64,000 nt of DNA from Chlorokybus atmophyticus (taxonomy: Eukaryota > Plantae > Mesostigma and Chlorokybus algae), in assembly GCA_009103225.1 (NCBI GenBank), contig RHPI01002910.1, positions 442,759 to 506,758 of the forward strand, in the 5' to 3' direction. The notes beneath the pieces were generated by a model, which was not told where the DNA came from, did no database searches, and was given only the letters and a program-made list of their open reading frames with translations. Both the position numbers and the translations under genes were made by a program. Positions 38,641 through 49,800 of this stretch are shown piece by piece. The number at the start of each line of letters is the position of its first letter. The stretch's first letter is position 1.

Positions 38641-39054
38641 GCAGCTGGTAGTCCGTTTAATTGGTACTGTACACAGCTCCAAGTCTCTTGTGACTTAGTG
38701 TTGTGCATCTTAAACCAGCTCAATCAATCGTCATTATGCTCATGCATGTCAAAACTTGCATCCCTATGGTATACAACAGAACTGCAGGCATTCAAATCAC
38801 ATAATCGAACTACAAGCCTTGGCAAGTGGCTTAGAGACACTGTAAACATTTTAGTACCTGTACGCAGCACACAGGCACATAACGATGCTGGCGATCAGTG
38901 ACAGTCGCGTGTAGTCATGCTTTGCAAATACATATAACGACAGTTGCATCAGTCACCTTCAGTTGCTTGAAAAATGCCTTATCTTGTCGACAACTTCCTA
39001 ATTGATGCTTGTGAATTAGGCTCAGTCGCCTGCGCTGGACTGGTGTGTAATCTG

Positions 39055-39308
39055 CAGGTGCCTGTTACATAGGCTGAGTCACCTGTTAAGGCCTAAGTAA
39101 GACTGTTGTATAATTTGCAAATGCCTGCTAATTGGGTATAGTCACCTGTTAAGGCCTGATGTGCAACTTACACATGCCCCTTAATTGGTTATAGTCATCT
39201 GTTAAGGCTTGATAAGTAACTGACAGGTGCCTGTTGATTAGGCATGGTCATCTATTAAGGCCTGGTAAATATAAATAACTAACAGGTGCCTGTTAATTAG
39301 GCATAGTC
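39055..39308. repeat. Tandem array of about 5 units (53-63 bp) with agtcacctgttaaggcct cores
   Basis: Cores start at 39077, 39140, 39193, 39246 and a truncated one at 39305; units contain the near-palindrome tgcctgttaattaggca. Confidence 0.85.
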
Positions 39309-39309
39309 C

Positions 39310-41210
39310 AACCATACCACCGCAGTTGCGACGCGCTTGGATGGATCATATAGTGACTTGGAAATACTCGGAGACTTTGGGCACGGTAGTCATCATAATC
39401 AACCGCACAAATCTCGTCATGAGAACCACCGTGCAAGCACGTGGAGTGTTGCAAGAACATGCTTGTGAATGTGCTGAGCCCCCTTATGCACCTTTCATGC
39501 ATGCAGAAACTACCACATGTGCTCACTTGTGACTATTTAATTACGGGCTCAGACTCTTTGCGGGAGTTCTTTGCTTGTGGAACCAAATGTTGGGCACCAG
39601 CCATTGTTGCAGTGCAGGAGACACTGGTGGCCATTAACAAAGGCATTTGCAACTTTGTGGAAGCATTTGAGGCCTGTCGAAACCACACTGGGGTGCTGGC
39701 ACCGTGGACAACCATGCTGATGGCACAAGTCCGCGAGCATGCAGTTGCACTGCATGAACAAGCTGTGCAACACCCGTTGCCCTATGACAGACACTGACAG
39801 GAATTTGTTGAAGGCCATACACCAATGCATGGTGGTCACACAAGTTTATATATGTGCTGGTACCTTGATGTTGCTGTGCAAGTCCTTTTACTTACAATGC
39901 TTGCGTGCAGAGCTGCACACGCCTACGTATAATTTGCCACGACAATGTGCAGGACATACTGAATCAGCGCATGGTTTTGCCTCAAATAAACCAAGAGTGC
40001 CAGTGTCCTTGCCGCATTTGTACACAACTGTCAATTTTGCACAAGAGTTCAACTTGGGCGAAGTTCGCCCAAGCCTCGTATTCATTGCTGCATATGCCAC
40101 CACTTAAGCAGATGCCTCCATCTGTCTCACAGGGTCATATAAGGGCATGAAAGATTTCGTTCATGTGGTGTGGAGTGAAGCACTGGGAAATCAGCTTTAC
40201 TCGGCTGCACCTCAACATGACAAGAACACTACAGCAGAGGCGTGAGCACTTGTTGTTGCAGTTATTTGACTTTAACACATTGTACACTAACTTGGCACAT
40301 TCTGACTTGTTGGTGCGCATATAATGCATGCGGTCATTAATTAACAGAGTGTTTGATTGTGTGCTACGTCCACACCGCAAGACGCACATGCACATCAACA
40401 TATAGGACGGTGATGTCACACATACTTTGGTGAGGGGTACAATAGTGACGAGAGAGGGCATCACAAGAGTGTTCACGGTAGCTGACTTGCATGCGTTGCT
40501 AGAGTACGTGGTTGCTAACCTGTATGTCCAGATTGTCGATGAGTTGCACCGCCAAGTCAATGGTATCCCATGGACAATAATGCGGGGGTATACATTGCCA
40601 ATATGACCTTCCAACATACGAGTTGGACTTTGTACACAGGCTAGTTGCAGCAGGCCAAAGACCTCTCGCTTTGAGGTTTGCATGCAGTGTGTTGCGTTAT
40701 GTTGACAACTTGTTGGAGGTTTGCATGAGATGACTGCTTGCATGTATCCGGACCCAGTCGCACCGTGTGCACCACGGTGGCATTTACCCCAGGCACATGC
40801 TACCACTATTTAAAACTGCTTGTGGCATTATCATTCCTTTCTGGAATTTACTTGTATCTCAATCGCGAGATGTAGAGTTGTGCACCCGTGTGTATAACAA
40901 GCTCAACTCTACACCATTCCGGTTTATTTTAAGACGCAGGGCGCCATACTTAGCCAATAACTCCAACAAGCTAAGTTTGGTCGTGTCACAATTTTTGCGG
41001 ATTGCATGCATATGCACTTTGCGTGAGCATTTCGCGAGTAAAATGGTGCAATTGCAAGACATGCAATCATATGGTTATGCCATGGATCCTTTGCTGGCTG
41101 AGCTCCGTGACAAGATGTGTAGGATACAGGGAGAGCAGGATCGCGTGTCCTACCAACGCTTCTATATGTTGGTAGCCAGGAGGCGTACAGCATCAACGAA
41201 TTGATAAGTG
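39310..41210 (+). mobile_element. Penelope-like element reverse transcriptase, 5-prime truncated and decayed
   Basis: PLE-type motifs in order: HACEC...HVLTCDYLITGSDSLREFFACGTK; LPHLY...FIAA; FDFNTLYTNLAH (40265-40291); LLEYVVANLYV...QVNGIP (40553-40570); LRYVDNLL (YVDN 40698-40709); IYP...TRVYNK...F...PYLANN...VVSQFLRIACIC...YGY. No GIY-YIG endonuclease seen. Confidence 0.8.
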
Positions 41211-42950
41211 TAGGTAAGTGCGGTACCCCACATTTGGGGAGTAGCTTGCTGCCAGCATACCCTGTGCAGTGCGTCCTTGCTTGCCATGCGCTGCTTGTTG
41301 ATAAACTAAATTAGATTGCATGCACGCGTTATATAGATCGCTAACTGAGTAGTTTGCTATTGCATGAGCTATTTTTTTGGCGTAATTACGCAATAGAGCC
41401 GTTGCTGCAAAAGCAGCTCCCGTAGCCACTTACCAGCGCCAGAAAGAAGCCATACCCAAGCATGTGCAGGAGCGGCGCAGCTGATGAAGGCGCCTACGCC
41501 GTCTGCCACTACAGCACAGCACAGCGCAGCAGCAACATCACCGCCCCACCCCGCCCTGCCCAACCTTGCTGATGTGCTGCGACCTGTGCATAGGGTATGC
41601 ATCGTAATCATCCCACAAACATGCTCATGTGCCAGTAGTGAACACACAAGAATATACCACCAGCACAAACACAATTATTACACCCGGGGCCTTCACACCT
41701 ATTCTACATCACATTGAGTGCCTTATGTGCAATGCAATGCAAGTTGAGCAGCAGGAGGCAGCATAGGCAATCCACGCGTTAACCAACCTGTGTAGCACAG
41801 ACAGTAGGGGAAGGTGAGAAGCTATGAGGTCGCGCGGGAAGGAAGAAACGAACGGCCACACGAGTGCAGTGATGTGCTGCGTGCTCTGCCGCCCACGCTA
41901 TATGCCGCCCGCCCCACGCTCCGAGCCTCATCGCGTTCTAACGGCTGTTGTGGTTAGGGTTGATGTTGCGCGCTGAGCCAATTGCCTCACGGCAGTCGTG
42001 AGGCAGTCGTCAACGTAAATCACGAGCACAGAGTACAGCACGCGACACATCAACGCAGAACAAATGACAACCTCAATAACACTGCATGTCTTGCTGCTGC
42101 CGCAGTCTACGACTACCTCTGCTAACCAGCGGCTGTGGGCAACAGGTTGATTGGTTGCTGTCGTTGCTTGCTGCGCCTCCTGCTCCGCCTCAACTCCTCC
42201 ACACTCATGCACTTAGCTAGGGCACGTAGTTGCAAGCTCCAGGTTGCCCATGCCTTTGCCGTAAGTTGTGCTTCCTCCTCTGCTTGATTGGCTGTGCTTG
42301 TTGCGTGCGTTACATTGCATTGGACCTACTGGACATCCTATACAATGAGCATGCAACAACGCTTACACCAATTCCGACTCGTTGGATGCCTCATTTCATA
42401 TTTCAACTCCGACATTATATGTGTGCTACTCTTTGCAATGCACGAGTCAAACAATTGCATGACGCAATCTGATGCATAATATATAAATTTGAAAGAGTGC
42501 AGGCACATGTGCAGACAAGTGAGAAAGACTCAGTTCAAAGGCGTCAACCATGTGCAACAACAACCGCTAAAATTGAGCCTCAAACCGTCAACTTCATCAA
42601 TCATCAAGCACTCTACAGATGATTTACGCTATCTTGTAATCCTTCAAGCATCGCAATGCACACTGTGCTCGTGCAACATGCCTCAATGTGTAACACCACG
42701 ACCAAGGTTTTGCAACAAAGTACTCATTACTCCAATCGTGTTTCAATGAAGCTAACCCAACGCAGCACGACCTTGTTGCACAATCCATGCAACTCATGAT
42801 GACATGCCTAACGACATGCCACCAGCCATGACAAGGCCAGTCAATTACACAGCGCACCCTCGCTGTGCATGGCAATGCGACAGCTCATGTATCAGTGTGT
42901 AGAACTTGTATGTCAGGTAGCCACTAAGATTACATACACAGCTTCGCAAT

Positions 42951-43894
42951 TTACAACATCCGGCCATTGTCCCGAGGGTCAGGCCGAAGGTTCATGAATG
43001 GTGAGAAGAGAAGCATCCTGGCCAGTGAAGGGAATCATGTTAGAAGCAAGAAGTAACTGAGACAGGCACACGGCATGTAGAACTCATGGCGCCACACTAG
43101 ACAATGTGCGGCACAACGCATACCCTGGGAAGAAGAAGAACACGCAGAAGAACATAAATCCTGTCTCAAACTTGCTCTTTTTCAGGTACCGCTTGCGGAC
43201 AAACTGGTATGTAGCGAGCTGCAACAGGCGGAATGTCAGTCAAGCATGCGCCGTCGAGCAGACATATGCTGTAATTCTTGCATGACATGGAGCACACGTG
43301 ATCACAGGGTGATACAGTGACGCGCAACCTGTGCGACACAAGCAGGTCAATGCCCACAGCCTTGTGTGTGCACTTACCGGGCCAATCACAAGGTAAAAGC
43401 CGAACACAGCTACATAGTCCGCAAGCACTCTTATCAATGGGAACTCAGCCGTCTCAAGTCCAACAATTTCTGCCAGTGCGGGCGCTGCGACTGCAAAAGC
43501 CTGGGACGCAAGCACTCGTCAGCTTGGATTATACTTGAACGCTGCAATGCTGCTACAGATGAGTTGAAACCAAACTGCTGCAGCCTCGCACGCATCCCTG
43601 TACATTCACCAGTGCAGGAAACCAAGCGTCGTGACACCAGACACAAGAACTCACCTGCAAAGCTGTTGCGGCCGCTCCTGCTCCAACGGCCAAAGCTGGC
43701 AGCTCGGACGCTTGCCTAGGCTCACCAGCAGCTCTGCGGGCATCGCCGCCAGCAGCAGCAACGACGGGTAACCTCAGTCTGGCCGAGATAGGCCGACTGC
43801 GGCGCAGGCGCAGGGGCGGAAGCGCAGGCTGACGGAGAAGATCTGCGCAAGCAGGCGACACGGACACCCCGGCCAAGGCCGCCGCCGCCGCCAT
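42951..43894 (-). CDS. ndhL: Plastid NDH-1 complex subunit L
   Basis: Spliced product: transit peptide MAAAAALAGVSVSPAC...; AVAAPALAEIV; VAVFGFYLVIGP|LATYQFVRKRYLKKSKFETGFMFFCVFFFFPG|MLLFSPFMNLRPDPRDNGRML*. The VFFFFPG-LL-SPF-N-RP signature of NdhL is present. Confidence 0.88.
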
Positions 43895-44094
43895 CGCCGC
43901 CGTCTTCGTCTCCTGCAGCCCCTGCCAACTTTTGGGTGGCGAAACCCTAATGCCAAATCACTGCAGGCTCGCGCAGCTTGAACGCCACTGAAATCTGCAT
44001 CCGGGCATCCGTCCGCACAGTTGCAGCTAGCTAGTGTTTACCTGAAGCAGGTGCCAGGCGCAAAAATTGCCTTTGAGGTGGCAGTTTCTAGCGC

Positions 44095-45478
44095 ATGATC
44101 AGCTCTGAGGAGCTCCTGGAGGCGTGTGGACAGGTTGTGAAGTTTACAGTGACGGTTGTTGGAGCGGGGGCCCGCCGCCACAAGCACGTCGCAGGGGTCT
44201 TGTACGCTGTGGATCCCGAGCTGGGGCACGTCTTCCTGCTACAGGTGCTTGCCATTTTTTAGTTGTGCATGCTAGTGTTGATCAGCAATGTGTTTTCTGC
44301 AACTGCAAGCAAGATTGGTCTCTGCTTGGGGTATGTTGTTGTATAACATGCACGCTCAAGCGCATGCGCATGTCGTCCTGTGGCTCTGTCTGGGCGCATA
44401 TACCGTGCTTTTTTGCGGCATTGAACGCTTGGCTCACGTTGTTTGCTGCCTGCAGCCACCGCAGGGATGCACGTTGGGAGGAGACGACCTTCTTGGAATT
44501 GATGTGAAGTGGTCGCTGTGTGTACTTATTGCGGATGCGCTTGAGTCATATCAAGGTGAGATGCTGGTTTGTTATGGTGCCTGCATTTGGCATGTGTTCA
44601 CGTGCGTAGGGAAGTAAGGCACGCAAGAATGAGGATGTCTCATCTAGCATGGCTTTAGAGTTAGTGCAGCGTACAATACAGCACCATGAAAACTCTGTGT
44701 ATGCAGCATGGCATTTGCAAGGGAATGCATGATGGTCACGTGATTGTCAGGCAATATTGAGCTTGCGACTATAACTTCACGAATGAGTTGCAATAAGAGT
44801 TGCAACGTTGTTTGTAACACCAGTACCAACTTGGGACTTGAACACGCAGTATGCCCTGATGTCCTAGACAGCATCAAACTTAGGTAGCGCTGCTGATTTC
44901 AGTCCACTCGGTCGACTGCAGCCTGGATTAGGGTTGGCGGTTTTTCACATGAGCTGCTGTGCACAGTGGCAAGGCTAGCAATGCATAGCAGCAAGCGCGC
45001 ATGGCAGCTCACCTAGCTAATGCTGCTCGCTGGTATGCACAGTCCTGGATGCCGATCGAGTAGACGTACACGAGCTACGACCGTTTGACACGCCCACAGA
45101 GACAAGGGAGGGTACTGTGCAGGTATCAAAGCGCCTGGCGCAAGTGCGAGACATTCTGGATAAGGTACGAGTGCCATTGGGTTGCGAAAAGTCATGCACA
45201 CTGTCAGACACAGCATGCATCATGTTTGCGCTCTGGCCATGTCAACTTTAAGGCTCTGTAGCGCTGCTGCTGCATCGCTGCGTCGTGTCTAACAAAAGTT
45301 TTTCCAGCACCGGTTGAAGTTTACAGAAGAGGCAGAAGCAGGCGACGCGGAAAGGCCCATGTTGCGCGTGCTTGGATGCTTAGATGTAAGGTGGCCATAC
45401 ACAGCAGATTCGTGTGTCTGCACCAATGAGATCATGTTGTCCCGGGTTCAGGCGCTGCTTGCACGCGACGTTGTATAA
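44095..45478 (+). CDS. GEMIN6: Gem-associated protein 6 (SMN complex, Sm-like fold)
   Basis: Exon 1 MISSEELLEACGQVVKFTVT...AGVLYAVDPELGHVFLLQ; last exon LRVLGCLDVRWPYTADSCVCTNEIMLSRVQALL* matches the Gemin6 C-terminal PY-x4-C-x2-NEI-L-RV pattern; middle exons uncertain. Confidence 0.75.
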
Positions 45479-46827
45479 GGGGCGGCTCTGCATTGTCGCC
45501 CAGCGAATGGCCGTACGAGTGACAGGTTTATACTTTTCATTTATACTTTTCCGTGTCATGGTCCTAACAGAACTTGGGTTCTGCTGATCGGCCTCCAGCC
45601 TCAAGTTATGCATACGATATCATAGACATGCATCAAGCCATAGCTAGACAAGTAGGCCAACACAACCTCACAAGACAAATCAAGATCTGGCCAGGGGGTG
45701 CAGCTGGCCACTGCCTAACTCAACCACTAGATACACCACCACTACACCACACATTGTGCGTGCATATGCGAGCAAGTGCGTGCAGTAGCAGAAATGGCAG
45801 CACCAACGGACAACAACCTGCAGCAGCCGAGCAGGGGAGAAAGACAGAGCGCTGGTGAGTTTACGGGCTTGGCAAGTGTGGGGGTGCTGTGCGATGGGTG
45901 TGCAACGTGTGGTGCGTGCGTTCTGGTGAAGCGCAACAACCCCCCGCGCCCCCTTACGCAACACCGCCGCCAACCACTGTCACAGCAGCGACAACCACGC
46001 ACTGCATAGTGGCCAGTTATCGTATTAGGGTTCACAGGCGTTAGCTTGGGTCAGTTCGTAAGCATGCACCAGGACATGCAAGAATGCACAATTAGGGCAG
46101 AAGACCAACAGCCAGCATATGTACATACAATGCGCGAGGGATATGTAAATGAGACATCTGGTGTGAGCATGTGAGCATGCCCGGCAGTGGGGCGAATTGA
46201 TGTGTGCAAGCACGACCTGGCTCTGCATGTGTGGGCACAGCATGCTCCCCGCACAATGTCATCACGCATGTATATTTAGTTGGTTATTGAAGTTCATAGG
46301 GTTACTAAACCCTATATATTGACCTCGCTGTTTCAAAGCCATTGAATTAATATGGTTATAACAGAAGAGAGAGTGGTTTATATTCACAATCTTTTTATGT
46401 TATGAATAGCATAAAAGATTATATAATGAAATAGTAATCAGTTGTGACATCGAGAGTACTGACAATGATGCACTGGCTTGTGTGGGTTGCGTTTGGTTGT
46501 TGAAGCTGTCTTGGCAGCTGTGATCCTAAGCAGGAAAACATGTAAGTGGGTGTGTTGCTGATGGCTTTGCAATAATGCTAACCGTGCAGTTGAAGTAGTT
46601 GCAAGGTGTCCTTGCAAGGACCTTTGGAACCCTCAGCATTATCTCAGCGGTGACATGTCTCTATCTTGCCACGGGAAGGTGCTGCTTTGCATCTTGCAAT
46701 GCAGCCATCATCTCGTTTGCCCCTGCTTACTGCTCTACAAGAAACACTGCAACACTTTTGACAAATAGTCGCAACCTATGATGTACAGTTAAAACGTGGC
46801 TAACAACACTGCGACTATCGCGACTCA

Positions 46828-49800
46828 CTACTTGGCAGGAACGCTAGGGTACAGTGGCACTGGCCCGTTACTACTACTCGGAGGTGGCACTGATAATGCC
46901 GGCGCGGTGTACGGGGGAAGCGCGGGTGTTGCTGGCGTCCTCGGTGGGGGAGGCGCCGCATACGTGGGCTGGGCTGGATACACTTGCTGCGGGGAGGCCA
47001 GTGGGTACGCCGTTGCAGGCTGCGGGGGATACACGGCGGGGTACTGAGCGTAGCCGGGAGGGTAGGGTGAGGCATAGCTTGACCGCTGGCCTTCAGTCTG
47101 CAGCCTCACCATGGTTTCCGACTGCAGCGAGGGGTGAACTGTGGGGATCATGTCCGCCTGCCACCGGCCGGTGCGGGCCTTGTTGCGCCGTCGGCAGCAC
47201 CAGCGCAGGAACGCGAGCGTGATGCAGATCAGCAGGGACACGCCCACGCCGATCAGCACGAAGAACACGATGGGATTGAGACCCAGCCTCCACCACTGCT
47301 GCTTCGTCGGCTGACCCGTGCACTGGCGGCTGTCACTCTCTGACTGACTGCTGAACTGCAGGTTGCTTGAGCTGCAGTCCAGCCTCCCACCGCAAGCCTT
47401 GTTGTACGAGTCGCACGCGGATTTGCACGTTCTTAGCCTGCTGACACCATCACTATCGCAGCGCTGCAATGACAGCTGCCACCACAGAGTATACTATCAA
47501 TAGCCATGGACAGCACGTTGAGGCTCGAAGTATGGCAGATGCAAACTAATACACGTATGCAAGGAGCATTGTTACTACCAGCAGCGACCTGTGTGCAAGT
47601 GCGAACAGAACATACCCAGCACGCAAGGTTCTTGGCTGCTTTCTTGCAGTCTCCCCCGTTGATGAAAGAGATTCCTGTCGGTAGGAGAGTGTCGTAGTTT
47701 GTTTGTATTGTGGTTGTCTCCAGCTGCTCAAGAACGCTTGGGTCCGATGGTGCGCAGTAGGTCGCCGAGTTGTTGAGGGCAATGGTGTCTGCGCAGAAGC
47801 TAAGTGAAGACTCCAGGCTGGTGGCGTTCGTGCAGGTGTAGCCTTGATACGAGGAGCAGCGGAATTTGCAGACGCCGTCCACACATGTGCCACCGTTGAT
47901 CGCACAGTTGGAATCACAAACCTCTGCATAAAACATGCCACTTGTTCAGAACAACATGATGATGCTTTCTCAATCGCAGCTAACGCGCAAAACAGTCTCA
48001 TCTAACAGTGCAATAACTTGACAACACAACAGGTGTCACATCAAGCAAGAGTTGTGTTTGCTGCTGCACAGTGGACTCACTTGTCGAGCAATCAATGCCA
48101 GTGTAGCCGCTCCTACAAACGCAGCTACCAGATGAGGAGCAGTCGCCATTGCCACTGCACCCGTTTGGACAATTGCCTGAACATATTACGTTTGAGACAC
48201 GGATCAAGATAAGCGACATATAACACAAACAAAAAACATGGACATGCACAACCCACCGTAGCTGCAGTCAGCGCCCTGGAAGCCATCATAACAGATACAC
48301 GTGTTATTCACGCAATTGCCCTGCTGGCTGCAGCTGTTGGGACAACCACCCAGAGCGTCATACACAGTGCAAATAGATACTGCGGGTGGGCAGGTGACAG
48401 ACCCTGCACGCAAACGGGCCCGACGGTTTACATGAGCGCTGAGGGCTTTAACACTGTACAACAGTTCACAAGACAACGTGAGGAAACCCATGGTATAACA
48501 AAAGTTCACGCACAGCAAGCACTGTTTTTTAACATACTCGCATAACACACTTAAGGGAACTACTCAATGCAAGCAAGATGACAGATGATAGAGGCAGCAG
48601 CTGCGTCTCAGTTTTGATATGCACTGCGTGTGCTGACCCGAGAACCCTGTGAAGGTGACTGTGCCGCCTTCTGTAGGACACTGGGCCCAGTTGCCACCAG
48701 CTGATACCTGCAGGAACGACGGGCACAACATCAGACAGCTCCTCATGGCATGATACCTGCAAGACAGCCACTCACAAAGACTCACCTGCAGGGTGCTGTT
48801 GTCAAGGCAGCGGGTCTGATAGCATCCCAGCGAGGGGGTTCCCGAACCACGCGACACACCGCTCTTAGCCAAAGTGCTTCCAAAGCACCTGAAGTGACAC
48901 AGGGCATACCAGTCATGACATGCGGTGAAAAGTGTGCATACCATGACATTGTTATGCTGGTGCTAATAAGCTAACCGGCAGTTGGGACACGTCAGCTCCC
49001 CAAGATTGGGATCCCCACCACTGCCACCACTCAGGCAAGTATCGCCGTTGCCGGATTCAACATAAGGGCAGTAGTCTGCGTAGGGATCACGGCCGCCTGC
49101 AAACCCAATGCGCGACATGTTATGGCTCTGAGACATGCTGCACAGATTGTGGAGACAAGTGACCCATGCTTCTCACCCACGTCCGGCTGCGAGAAATACT
49201 GCGAGTTGCGAGGTAGGTCTCCGTTATATGTCACAATGTCACAATACCCGAGACCAGACCTGAAACAAACCACATGTGTTGCAATATTGAACACAGGTCA
49301 AGTTGATCACCAGGCTGATCGCGCTTGCATGGAAAAGTGTCATTATTACCTGTCTGCTGTGCATTGAGGGCTGTTGTTGGATGTGCAGAAGTACGCAGCA
49401 CCCCACTTGTTGCAGCGCTGCGTGACAAAAGTCGCCCCCTGCCCGGCGCCCCACAGCAAGTAGTCCGCTTGGCTGCCAGAAGTACCCATTGTTGCACTGC
49501 AAAGTGGCTCTACACAACAGCAAACGCTTGTAAGAACAAGCCATGTGTACCTGAAGTTGGCAGTGTACCAGCCGCTGTCTTGCAGCAGTGCTAGCGTCAA
49601 AACAGATGTCACGGAGTCGTCGGAGATGGTGCCTGTCATGAGCTCATTGTGCAGCAGGCGTTTCTCCCAATGCGAGCCTGCAAACAGCACCAAATGAGCC
49701 CCAGGCAATGCAAAAGCGAAGCAGCAAGCCCTAAGCAATGAACAAATTATAAACCTGCAGTGCCTGAGCCGCCTCCATCCTCCAACTCTATGCCAGGAAA

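Larger units (their letters stand above)
25240..39308. mobile_element. Putative large Plavaka (CACTA/EnSpm-related) DNA transposon with cargo genes, decayed; boundaries approximate
   Basis: Contiguous block of stop- and frameshift-ridden genes around a Plavaka transposase; the same ATGGTAC palindrome clusters occur upstream of two of its genes; tandem subterminal-like array at the right end; TIR and TSD not identified. Confidence 0.6.

Noticed and set aside
1310-39308. CRISPR-like or viral interpretation of the short repeat arrays (1310-1610, 39055-39308)
   Set aside because: Spacing is irregular, there are no unique spacers of constant length and no cas genes; eukaryotic intron-containing context; no viral capsid or polymerase motif found
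41479-41510. CTGATGA followed by a small stem (ggcg-ccta-cgcc) near the PLE 3-prime end, resembling a hammerhead ribozyme
   Set aside because: The required GAAA after stem II is absent (gtct instead), and I could not build stems I and III
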